Under the pieces are notes generated by a model. The model was given only the letters and a program-made list of their open reading frames with translations. It did no database searches and was not told where the DNA came from. Below are positions 8,201 to 16,652 of a stretch of 64,000 nt of DNA, piece by piece. A program made the position numbers and the translations under genes. Within the stretch, counting starts at the first letter, position 1, and every line of letters begins with the position of its first letter. The stretch is from Thermoproteota archaeon (GTDB lineage Archaea > Korarchaeota > Korarchaeia > Korarchaeales > Korarchaeaceae): NCBI GenBank assembly GCA_027492205.1, contig JAOZFN010000007.1, positions 150,045 through 214,044 of the forward strand, in the 5' to 3' direction.

Positions 8201-8844
8201 ACAGACACCACCTCTATATCCGGCGCCGCGGTCGAGTCCTTTGATGCGCTCTTGCCCCTCCTGACCCTGACCGTCTTCATGCCGAGCTCTCTGGCGGAGT
8301 CAACCCCCTCAGGCCTCGCAGTCACGTAGATGCAGTTAGCAGGGTTTACTCCCAGCTCTTCGAGGGCAGACCTGTGTCTCTCGGGGTCTGGCTGACCTAC
8401 CCACGCTCTCTCGAAGAGGTGGTGTAGGCCCAACCTGATAACCTTCTCCCACTCCTTCACGGGGCTCCCGGGCGAAGACAGACCGAGGCCGTAGCCGCGA
8501 TCTCGAAGCGTGAGGAGAGTCTTGAAGACCCTGGGGAGCGGCCTCAAGAAGGCGCGCTTGGTGTCGTGATAGGCTATTACGCCGGCAGCTATGACCCTCG
8601 GGTCCACCCTCAGGCCGAGCGCCGATATGGCGTCGTCGAAGTGCCTCGTGTAATCCTCTCCCATCTCCTCGACCACCTCGTTCACCTTCCTCAGCAGGAC
8701 CTCAAAGTCCGCGGGGAGTCCGGCCTCAATCATAGCAACAACCGCGTTCTCTCGGGCCATCCTCTTCAGCAAGGTTGCGTCATACAAGACGTCGTCCACA
8801 TCGAACAACCACCAGACTCGAGCTCTCCCCGAACCGGAGCTCAT
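8158..8844 (-). CDS. HAD-superfamily hydrolase
   Basis: 228 aa. It has motif I FDVDDVLYD and a downstream Rossmannoid core. It overlaps the PPAT start by 43 nt. Confidence 0.75.
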   Translation of the reverse strand: MSSGSGRARVWWLFDVDDVLYDATLLKRMARENAVVAMIEAGLPADFEVLLRKVNEVVEEMGEDYTRHFDDAISALGLRVDPRVIAAGVIAYHDTKRAFLRPLPRVFKTLLTLRDRGYGLGLSSPGSPVKEWEKVIRLGLHHLFERAWVGQPDPERHRSALEELGVNPANCIYVTARPEGVDSARELGMKTVRVRRGKSASKDSTAAPDIEVVSVWEIAGRAESLLEG

Positions 8845-9843
8845 TCACACCACCCTCACGGACGCATCCGGGTCTATACCCAGGCTGAGCGTGACCTTCA
8901 GGGCGAGGAGTAGCAGCGCCGGAGCGTAGACCAGCGGGGCTATCTCCCCCGGCGGATTGACCCCCAGCGGTACGTGGGGACCAGCGGGGCCTACGCCGAT
9001 CACTGTGGCGCCGTACCTCTCCGCAGCCATTTTGACCTCTGGGCTTCTCTCAGGTTCTAAAACCAGCACCGGCGTGCCAGCCGAGAGGAGTCGGTGCTTC
9101 GTGGCCAAGAACTCTCCCGGCGATGCGACGTCGCACATTATACCCGACATCAGCGTCAGCCGGTAAGAGAACTCCTGAGCCGCAGGCTTCATGCCGTTGG
9201 TGGAGACCACGAAGAGAAGCCGAGAGCGTGCGATCAGCTCAGCCGCCTCATCGGCTACGGATTCAGCTCTCCCGAGAGCCTCGGCGGCCTGTTCGGGCGC
9301 CGCCTCCAAGAGGGACCGGAGGGAGTGAGCCCTGGCAGGCATACCCGCCAGCCTCGCAACCTCCGCCGCCAGGAGCAGGCCCGCCACCGACATGGGTGAG
9401 AAGAGGCCCATTCTCCCGGGTCCTCTCGTGAACACGAGGCTGTAATCTGATGCCCTGTGCAGGGTGCTCCCCGGGCTGCCCAGTACGGAGATCACAGGGG
9501 CGGTCGGATCCCTCTTCCTTAGTTCTCTGATGGCCAGCAGCGCCTCTCGCTCCTCCCCTGTCTCAGAGAAAATCACCGCGGCGGGCCTCTTGGGCTTCTC
9601 CGCAAGCCAGTTCGGGAAGTCCTCAGCGTCCATCTCAATGGCCCCCGGACCGCCCACCTTGCCGAGGATTCTGCCGAGGAGGGAGGCGGGGTGCAGGGTG
9701 GGGCCCACTCCGATCGAGTAGACGAACTCCCTCGCGGCGAGAGCCTCGGCGGCGTACCTGGCCGGGACTGAGAGTAAGGAGAGGGCCCTCCTCATGAGGG
9801 CAGGCTGCTCGAGTATCTCACCCCTCGTCTCCTCGCCCCGCAA
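8845..9843 (-). CDS. Double-SIS-domain sugar-phosphate isomerase/deaminase (GlmS isomerase-domain-like)
   Basis: 332 aa. The N-terminal GEILEQP and two SIS-like halves resemble GlmS C-terminal domain-only proteins. The substrate is unknown. Confidence 0.7.
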   Translation of the reverse strand: MRGEETRGEILEQPALMRRALSLLSVPARYAAEALAAREFVYSIGVGPTLHPASLLGRILGKVGGPGAIEMDAEDFPNWLAEKPKRPAAVIFSETGEEREALLAIRELRKRDPTAPVISVLGSPGSTLHRASDYSLVFTRGPGRMGLFSPMSVAGLLLAAEVARLAGMPARAHSLRSLLEAAPEQAAEALGRAESVADEAAELIARSRLLFVVSTNGMKPAAQEFSYRLTLMSGIMCDVASPGEFLATKHRLLSAGTPVLVLEPERSPEVKMAAERYGATVIGVGPAGPHVPLGVNPPGEIAPLVYAPALLLLALKVTLSLGIDPDASVRVV

Positions 9844-10082
9844 ATCGTCTCGAGGTGGCCCCCAGGGGCCTCCAAATTAAGTCCTCCCGATTCGAGTCGG
9901 TCCACAACCGTTAAGGGAGACCCACGAACCGGGCGAAGGGGTGACTCGAGCTGCTCGCGGACAGGGTCGAATTCTTCAAGAGGCTAAGTGAGGCGTTTGG
10001 GCCTTCTGGCTTTGAGGTAGAAGTAGCGAGACTCGTTAGAGAAGAATACGGGCAGTACGCCGACCAAATCCTCTACGACGGC

Positions 10083-11027
10083 TTGGGCTCCATCATACTT
10101 AGGAAGGGGGGCGGCGTCGAGGACGGACCTCGCGTCCTCCTCGCGGGACACATGGACGAGGTCGGGTTCATCGTGAAGGGCATCACCGAGGGGGGCTACC
10201 TGGCCTTCCAGACCCTCGGAGGCTGGGTGACCACGACCCTTCCCGCCCACAGGGTGGTGGTAAGGTCCAAGAAGGGCGATCACGTCGGTGTTCTCGTCTC
10301 GAAGCCCCCTCACCTCCTCCCACCAGAGGAGAGGAAGAAGGCGCCTGACGTGAAGGACCTCTACATCGACGTGGGGGCAACTAGCAGGGACGAGGTCAAG
10401 GAGATGGGCATCAGGATCGGCGATCCGGTCGCCCCGCTCGCCGACTTCAGGACCCTCAGGGGAGGGGAGGTCTGGCTCGGGAAGGCGTTCGACGACAGGA
10501 TCGGCGTGTTCATGGCGATGGAGGTCCTCAGGCAGCTTGGATCAGACCACCCCAACGTCGTCTACGCGGCCGGGACGGTACAGGAGGAGGTGGGCCTTCG
10601 GGGCGCTGAGACAACCGCCGACGTCGTGAACCCTGACGTGGCCATCGTCTGTGAGGTGGACATAGCCGGAGACGTCCCGGGGGTGACGGAGCGTGAGGCG
10701 CCGGCCAAGATGGGGAAGGGGGCCTCGATAATAACCTGGGACAGGACCATGATACCCAATCAGGCCCTCAAGGAGCTGGCCATCTCGGTGGCGGAGGAGC
10801 TGGGCATACCCTACCAGCTGTCGGCGGTCTCCGGAGGGACGGACGGGCACAGGATCCACCTGCACTACCGAGGGGTTCCCACAATCGTGATATCCGTCCC
10901 GACGAGGCACATTCACTCCCACAGCTCCATGCTCATGCCCAAGGACGTCGACGCGGCCATAAGGCTGATCTCGGAGGTCGTCAAGAGGTTGGACCGGGAG
11001 ACGGTCGAGTCGCTGACCCGCATCTGA
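10083..11027 (+). CDS. M42-family (TET/FrvX-type) aminopeptidase; the conserved N-terminus continues upstream of this first canonical start
   Basis: LLAGHMDEVGFIV and DDRIGV are M42 signatures. The in-frame upstream sequence 9945-10082 encodes RLSEAFGPSGFEVEV..., the usual M42 N-terminus, but contains no ATG, GTG or TTG. Confidence 0.85.
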   Translation: MGSIILRKGGGVEDGPRVLLAGHMDEVGFIVKGITEGGYLAFQTLGGWVTTTLPAHRVVVRSKKGDHVGVLVSKPPHLLPPEERKKAPDVKDLYIDVGATSRDEVKEMGIRIGDPVAPLADFRTLRGGEVWLGKAFDDRIGVFMAMEVLRQLGSDHPNVVYAAGTVQEEVGLRGAETTADVVNPDVAIVCEVDIAGDVPGVTEREAPAKMGKGASIITWDRTMIPNQALKELAISVAEELGIPYQLSAVSGGTDGHRIHLHYRGVPTIVISVPTRHIHSHSSMLMPKDVDAAIRLISEVVKRLDRETVESLTRI

Positions 11028-11101
11028 CCCAGGGTCCGCCACCGGGTCCCGCCCCCATTTTATTATCCCCGCCGAGTTCCAACCCCCGAGGGCTCTCCCC
11101 C

Positions 11102-12289
11102 GTGGTGAGGGCGATCAGGCAGAGGACGGTCAGGGACATCCTGCTCGAGATGAAGGATCGATCCGAACTCGCCGTGAGCCTGGCGTACGCGGCCCTGATG
11201 TACAACGACGACGAGATCGCGGATGAGGTGCTGGAGCTGGAGAACGAGCTGGACGACCTCAGGTACGAACTCTCCGTCAGGACGATAGTGGCCGGCAGGT
11301 CGCTGGAGGAGGCAGAAGAGCTCGCCGCCATACTCGAGGTCGGGGCTGCGGCAGACGAGATCAGCGACGCAGTGGCCGACCTCGCCAAGATCATTCTGAG
11401 GGGTTACCCGCTCCACGAGTCAATCTCGGCCGCGTTCATGGAGTCGGAGGAGATCATCGGCCTGGTGAGGCTCGGCGAGGGCGCCCCGCTGGCGGGCATG
11501 AGGGTGTCCGAGCTGTACGAGCCGGAGAAGCTGGCGGGGTGCGACATCCTCGCCGTGAAGCGGGCTGGCAGGTGGCTGTTCGACTACCCAGACGACCTGG
11601 TCCTGCAGGAGGGTGACATGCTCCTCTTGGAGGGGACCAGAGAGGGGGTGGAGGCCGTGAGATCCCTCCTAGGCCTGCCGATCAGGTCCCGCCCCGAGAG
11701 GGTTGAGGTCAGCCAGGGGTCCAGGGAGCTGGCCCACTCTCTCCAGGTGCTCAGGGCTCACTCCGAGCTGATGGTGTACCTGGCCTACGCGTCCATGCTC
11801 ATGAACAGCCAGGCCATAGCCCTCGAGGTCTCGAGGCTGGAGGACGAGATCGATGAGCTCCACGAGGAGTTCGAGGTGAAGGTCCTAAAGGGACTGGCGG
11901 GGAAGGCAGACCCCCGGGCCGTGGTCGGGCTCCTTAGGGCCGGTTCTGCGGCAGAGAGGATAGGAGACGCCGCGCATCGTATGGCCAGCGTCGTCGAGAG
12001 GGGAGTCGCTATTCACGAGGTCCTCGCCGCAGTGGTGGAGGAGAGCGAGGAGTCCATCGCCTGGGTGCGCGTGGGAGAGGACTCCCCTGCAGACGGGAGG
12101 GAAATTGGCGAGCTGGAGTTGGAGGAGTCCACCGGAATGGAGATCCTCGCCGTGAGACGCGGGCTGAGGTGGGTCTTCGAGCCAAAGGACTCGTTTAGAA
12201 TCAGAAGCGGGGACATCGTGATACTGCTCGGCCCTCCCGACGGTCTGGAGGCCGCCCTCAAGGTGCTGGGGGCTGAGGAGATTGAGTGA
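11102..12289 (+). CDS. Regulatory protein with two tandem PhoU-like + TrkA-C (RCK C-terminal) modules
   Basis: 395 aa with an internal duplication. Each half has a helical PhoU-like segment (ELENELDDLRYEL and RLEDEIDELHEEF) followed by a TrkA-C-like beta domain. GTG start, with a TATA-like ATTTTATTAT at 11057-11066. Confidence 0.7.
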   Translation: MVRAIRQRTVRDILLEMKDRSELAVSLAYAALMYNDDEIADEVLELENELDDLRYELSVRTIVAGRSLEEAEELAAILEVGAAADEISDAVADLAKIILRGYPLHESISAAFMESEEIIGLVRLGEGAPLAGMRVSELYEPEKLAGCDILAVKRAGRWLFDYPDDLVLQEGDMLLLEGTREGVEAVRSLLGLPIRSRPERVEVSQGSRELAHSLQVLRAHSELMVYLAYASMLMNSQAIALEVSRLEDEIDELHEEFEVKVLKGLAGKADPRAVVGLLRAGSAAERIGDAAHRMASVVERGVAIHEVLAAVVEESEESIAWVRVGEDSPADGREIGELELEESTGMEILAVRRGLRWVFEPKDSFRIRSGDIVILLGPPDGLEAALKVLGAEEIE

Positions 12290-13748
12290 AAGTGAAAGGG
12301 ACGAGCTGAGACTCACAGCGCCCCTGAGTTGGCTGGACGGCGTGGACCCGGGGACGGGGGTGATAACCCAGCCCGGGCACCCTCAGGCCGGCCTAAGCGT
12401 CGCGGGGAAGCGCGTCGTCATGCCCCACTCGGTCGGATCCACCGTGGGGGCGTACGGCCTGTTTAAGCTTGCCAGGCACGGGGTCGCCCCGCGCGAGATA
12501 GTTCTGGAACACCCTGACAGCGTCACCATAAGCGCGGAGCTCGCCGGCATCCCCGTCAGGGTGTTGGGGGCCGTTGAGGCCCCGCGCCCAGAGGCCCCGG
12601 AGGGCGTCCCCGAGGAGTTTGTCAGGTTCCTCCAGAAGGAGGCCTCCCTCGCCGGAGCTCACTCCTACATCCCGGTGAGGTCCGTCCACCTCTCCGGGAT
12701 ATCCTATGCCACGATAGGAGACGCGGGGCTCGAGTTCCTAGAGGGCCTCGTAGAGAGGGGGGTCCGCTTCCGCACGCTCGTCACCACGAACCCGGCGGGG
12801 ATGGACGTATCTCGCTGGCGAGAGATGGGGGTGCCGGAGAGTTTCGCCGAGAAGCAGATCCGGATCGTGAAGTCGCTGATCGAGATGGGGGCGGCGCCCA
12901 CGCTGACCTGCACCCCCTACCTGGCGGGAAACCTCCCCAGGTCCGGCGAGCACGTTTGCTGGGCGGAGTCCAGCGCCGTCGCGTTCGCGAACAGCGTCTT
13001 AGGCGCCAGAACAAACAGGGAGGGCTCGGTCAAGGCCATCGCAGCCGCTATCCTCGGGCTGACGCCAGCCTACGGGATGCATCTGGATGAGAACCGGGCC
13101 CCCGGCGTGATCGTGGAGACCGACGGATCCCTCTCCGGGACGACGGACTTCTCCGCGGCGGGCTACTTCGTGGGGGAGAGAGTCCCTAGGGGGGTCCCCC
13201 TCTATCGCGGCATTAGAGAGGCGTCCGTCGACGAACTCAAGGCAATGGGGGCGGGGGGAGCGGCTTCCGGGAGCATAGAGCTCTTCCACGTTGAGGGAAT
13301 AACCCCCAACCCGGTCGGTTCCCCTCAAGAGGGGGCGAAGGTCCTGAGACTTGGGAGGAGAGACGTTGACGAGACGATCGAGCGACTGAGCACGACCGGC
13401 TCAACTCCAGACCTCGTCGCGCTCGGCTGCCCGCACCTCTCCCTGAGCGAACTAAGGGAGATTCACGGGCTCCTGAGGGGGAGGAGGGTCAGCGTACCCT
13501 TCTGGCTGTTCACCGCCAGGGCGACGCTGAGCCAACTTTCAGAGGGCGTGCTCAGGGACATGGAGGGGAGCGGGGCAAGGGTCTACGCCGACACGTGCAT
13601 GGTGGTGGCCCCGCTGAGAGCCATGGGTTATCGCGTAATCGCGACGAACTCTGCCAAGGCCGCCAAGTACCTCAGGACCCTCGGCGGGCTTGACGTGATC
13701 CTGCTCCCCACGCGCGAACTCGTCGAGAGGTTCTCCAGGCCAGCCTAG
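12282..13748 (+). CDS. Fused aconitase X (AcnX) with the swivel (DUF126-like) domain N-terminal to the catalytic (DUF521-like) domain; candidate phosphomevalonate dehydratase
   Basis: N-terminal LSWLDGVDPGTGVI...GSTVGAYGLFKLARHGVAP matches the AcnX small subunit. CTPYLAG...CWAESSAVAFANSVLGARTNREG...GMHLDENR matches the large subunit. It overlaps the upstream gene by 8 nt. Confidence 0.8.
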   Translation: MSESERDELRLTAPLSWLDGVDPGTGVITQPGHPQAGLSVAGKRVVMPHSVGSTVGAYGLFKLARHGVAPREIVLEHPDSVTISAELAGIPVRVLGAVEAPRPEAPEGVPEEFVRFLQKEASLAGAHSYIPVRSVHLSGISYATIGDAGLEFLEGLVERGVRFRTLVTTNPAGMDVSRWREMGVPESFAEKQIRIVKSLIEMGAAPTLTCTPYLAGNLPRSGEHVCWAESSAVAFANSVLGARTNREGSVKAIAAAILGLTPAYGMHLDENRAPGVIVETDGSLSGTTDFSAAGYFVGERVPRGVPLYRGIREASVDELKAMGAGGAASGSIELFHVEGITPNPVGSPQEGAKVLRLGRRDVDETIERLSTTGSTPDLVALGCPHLSLSELREIHGLLRGRRVSVPFWLFTARATLSQLSEGVLRDMEGSGARVYADTCMVVAPLRAMGYRVIATNSAKAAKYLRTLGGLDVILLPTRELVERFSRPA

Positions 13749-13760
13749 CGGTGCCCCCCC

Positions 13761-14369
13761 ATGATAGACCGCGAGAGGGCGGAGGCGGCGATAGTCGCGC
13801 TGCTGGTGGAGGATGTCGACCTGCTCGACCCGGAGGTCAGAGAGTACTTGATCGAGTCGGGAGCCCTCGTTAACGGTAAGATCAGGCCGGTCAGGGCCGC
13901 CGTCTCGCTCGTGCTGGCTGGGGTCCCGCCGGAGAAGGCAGCGGCCCTCGTGGACTGGAGGGGGTTCGAGTCACTCGTACAAGAGTACCTAGAGGAGTTC
14001 GGCTATAGGATCGTCGCCAAGAGGTTCAGGTTCGCCCACTTGGGGAGAAGGTGGGAGATCGACCTCTTGGGCGTGGGGCCGCTGGCTGCGCTGGCGGTGG
14101 AGTGCAAGCTGTGGACAAACAGGAGGGCAATTCGATCCAGGATCGCCGCCGAGGTCAGGACGCACCTTGAGAGAGTAAAGGCGTTCGTGGAGTCGAATTC
14201 GGCGGTGAAGCTTGGTATGAGGGGCAGGGTGATCCCGCTGGTGGTCGGGTGGTTTCCAGAAACGGGGGAGTTGGTGGATAGGGTACCCTACGTCCCACTC
14301 TTCAAGCTCAACTCATTCTTGATGGAACTCGATCCCCTCGACGGCGACCTCGCCGGATTCGATCTCTGA
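13761..14369 (+). CDS. Hypothetical protein with a PD-(D/E)xK (Mrr/restriction-endonuclease-like) nuclease fold
   Basis: WRGFESLVQEYLEEFGY ... EIDLLG ... AVECKLW gives the D...E-x-K arrangement. The N-terminal roughly 60 aa may form a small helical or wHTH domain. Confidence 0.5.
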   Translation: MIDRERAEAAIVALLVEDVDLLDPEVREYLIESGALVNGKIRPVRAAVSLVLAGVPPEKAAALVDWRGFESLVQEYLEEFGYRIVAKRFRFAHLGRRWEIDLLGVGPLAALAVECKLWTNRRAIRSRIAAEVRTHLERVKAFVESNSAVKLGMRGRVIPLVVGWFPETGELVDRVPYVPLFKLNSFLMELDPLDGDLAGFDL

Positions 14370-14810
14370 CGCGCCTTCGTTCCTCAATACCGGCGGAGAA
14401 GGTGTTATTATCTCCCTCCTCCACCGCCCTCCTCTGAAGAAGAGGGCGGCCTCCCTAGATGAGACCAGGTATATCGCCAGCAGGGCGAAGACGCCAGCCG
14501 CGGGCACGGTCCAGGCCCAGACCCTCCTGACCAGGAGCAGGTACGCCGACAGGGAGAGCATCGCGACAGCTCCGGAGGGCCGCCCCCACCCGGATCCGGA
14601 GAGTACCCCGTAGGCCACTATGGCCGTTATCAGGGAGGTTGAGATCAGCAGGGCGCCTCCCTTCACGGAGACGGCCGGGGACCCGGGGATCACCTCCCTG
14701 GCCATGACCTCGAGGCCGAGCGCCAGGTCCACCCCCAGGAAGAGCATCAACCCGGAGGCGGCCAAGAGGGCTATCCCCGCCAGGGCGACCCCCTTGGGGA
14801 TTCCAGCCAT
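14313..14810 (-). CDS. Hypothetical integral membrane protein
   Basis: 165 aa with four hydrophobic helices. It starts 9 nt after the prs stop on the same strand. Its 3' end overlaps the convergent nuclease-fold gene by 57 nt. Confidence 0.5.
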   Translation of the reverse strand: MAGIPKGVALAGIALLAASGLMLFLGVDLALGLEVMAREVIPGSPAVSVKGGALLISTSLITAIVAYGVLSGSGWGRPSGAVAMLSLSAYLLLVRRVWAWTVPAAGVFALLAIYLVSSREAALFFRGGRWRREIITPSPPVLRNEGASEIESGEVAVEGIEFHQE

Positions 14811-14819
14811 TGGAACACC

Positions 14820-15731
14820 TCACGCGACTCGCCTTATCTCGGCGGCGAGCTCTGGGATCACCGAGGCCTTGGAACCGGCCCACTCCAGGGTGTCGGTGGC
14901 GACGATCACGTCCCCGCCAGCACCCAGTATCCTGTCCAGCGCACCCTGTGCAAGGACCGGGTGGACAAACGCCGAGAAGACCCTCCTGGCCCCCATCCTC
15001 CTGGCGGCGGCTATCGCGGCCGCCATGGTCCCGCCGGTGGACACGATGTCGTCGACCACGACCACATCCCTCCCGGTGAGGTCAAACTCCTTGACGGTCA
15101 TCCTGATCTCCCCGGTGTCTCTGTCCCTCTCCTTCACGAAAGACGTGTAGTCACTTGCCTGAACGTGGTTGGCGAACTCCTCGGCCCAGATTATGGCCTC
15201 CTCGTCGGGGCCGACTATGAGGGGATCGCTCAAGTCGAACCTGCCGACCTCTCTGGCGAGCGCCGGGATCCCGCTCACGTTGACGCCGGGTATCTCGTCG
15301 AAAAGGTCCCCAAATCTCTTGAGCCTGTGGAGGTGAACGGTGACGCTCAGGACGGCGTCAGCCCCTGCGTGGTAGAGGAGGTCTGCAACGTACTTCGAGC
15401 TCAGAGGTTCGCCGGGCCTGAAGATCTCGTCCTGCCTGGCGTACGGGAAGTAGGGGATCGCCGCGATCAGGCGGCCCACCTTGAACTCTCTCTTCAGGTT
15501 CCTGAGGGTCAGCAGGACCTCCACCAGGTAATCGTTGGGCCTGCAGGCGGCCGCCTTCATTCGGAGGGCCAGGACCACCGTCTCCCCCCTGAGGACCTGC
15601 TCGGACCCCGCGAGGATTCTGGGCTGAAGCTCTCCATCTGGAAAGGTCCTTCTGGCGAGGAACACCGTATCAGCGGTCAGTTCAGATGCAAGAGACTTGG
15701 TGAACTCGTCTTCCGGTCCGACCACCAGCAT
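14820..15731 (-). CDS. prs: Ribose-phosphate pyrophosphokinase (PRPP synthetase)
   Basis: 303 aa. The PRPP-binding loop VVVVDDIVSTGGTM is present and the layout is typical of Prs. Confidence 0.9.
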   Translation of the reverse strand: MLVVGPEDEFTKSLASELTADTVFLARRTFPDGELQPRILAGSEQVLRGETVVLALRMKAAACRPNDYLVEVLLTLRNLKREFKVGRLIAAIPYFPYARQDEIFRPGEPLSSKYVADLLYHAGADAVLSVTVHLHRLKRFGDLFDEIPGVNVSGIPALAREVGRFDLSDPLIVGPDEEAIIWAEEFANHVQASDYTSFVKERDRDTGEIRMTVKEFDLTGRDVVVVDDIVSTGGTMAAAIAAARRMGARRVFSAFVHPVLAQGALDRILGAGGDVIVATDTLEWAGSKASVIPELAAEIRRVA

Positions 15732-15799
15732 GATGGATCTCGAAGTCTCGCATCCTCAGGGATTAATGGTTTCCCGAGCAAGACTACCCACATGAAGGG

Positions 15800-16648
15800 G
15801 TGACCTTTCCGTTGAGGGGCGAGTTTGAGAGCGCCGAGGAGCCGCGGACCAGCGAGGGTGAGATGTACCACGTCGCACTCGGACCTGGGGACGTCAGGAG
15901 GTACGCGCTCCTCCCGGGAGACGTAGAAAGGGCGGAGAAGATAGCCGCAGAGTGGGAAGAGCGTAGGCTCGTGGCGAAGCACAGGGAGTACGTCACTTAC
16001 GTGGGCAGATACAGGGGCGTGGACCTGATGGTCACGTCCACGGGCATCGGGGGGCCGGCCGCAGCGATCGCGGTCGACGAACTCTCCAGGCTCGGCGTGG
16101 ACACCTTCATCAGGGTTGGGAGCACGGGGACCATCAGGCCGGAGGTCGAGCTGGGAGATCTCGTGATCCCCCTAGGGGCAGTAAGGCTGGACGGCGCCAG
16201 CGCGCAGTACGTCAGGCCCGAATACCCCGCGGTGGCTCACTACGAGGTTGTGATGGCCCTCGTGGAGGCCGCCGAGTCGCTCGGCTACAGGTATCACCTG
16301 GGCCTCACGGCGTCGACGGACAGCTTCTACACCGGACAGGGGAGGCGAGGGTGCTGTGGATACTGGCAGAGCTGGATGGATAGCATTATTCCCGATCTGC
16401 AGGCCGCTGGCGTCGTCAACATCGAGATGGAGGCCGCCACGATCTTCACGCTGGCCTCGCTGTTCGGGAAGAGGGCCGGAGCCATCTGCGCGGTCTACGC
16501 GCAGAGGTTGAGAGATGAGTTTGCCATAGCGGGGGAGAGAGAGGCCATAAAGACGGCAAACGAGGCCGTCAAGATTCTCGCCGAGTGGGATGAGGTGAAG
16601 AGGTCTGCCAACAAGAAGCACTTCTACCCGGGGCTGCTCCGGAGGTGA
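15800..16648 (+). CDS. udp: Uridine phosphorylase (PNP/UDP family 1)
   Basis: LLPGDVERAEKIA, TSTGIGGPAAAIAVDEL, RVGSTG, VRLDGAS and IEMEAAT align closely with E. coli Udp as I remember it. The true start may be ATG 15863 (MYHVALGPGD). Confidence 0.85.
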   Translation: MTFPLRGEFESAEEPRTSEGEMYHVALGPGDVRRYALLPGDVERAEKIAAEWEERRLVAKHREYVTYVGRYRGVDLMVTSTGIGGPAAAIAVDELSRLGVDTFIRVGSTGTIRPEVELGDLVIPLGAVRLDGASAQYVRPEYPAVAHYEVVMALVEAAESLGYRYHLGLTASTDSFYTGQGRRGCCGYWQSWMDSIIPDLQAAGVVNIEMEAATIFTLASLFGKRAGAICAVYAQRLRDEFAIAGEREAIKTANEAVKILAEWDEVKRSANKKHFYPGLLRR

Positions 16649-16652
16649 GGGT

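Noticed and set aside
9942-9944. In-frame TGA just upstream of the conserved M42 peptidase N-terminus, considered as a recoded (selenocysteine) codon
   Set aside because: Another in-frame stop (TAA 9912) lies 30 nt further upstream, with no coding-like sequence between the two. M42 peptidases are not selenoproteins, and no SECIS-like context is evident.
14961-15803. 280-aa + strand ORF antisense to prs
   Set aside because: It is antisense to a canonical PRPP synthetase, has no motifs, and has a Gly/Pro/Arg/Val-rich composition.
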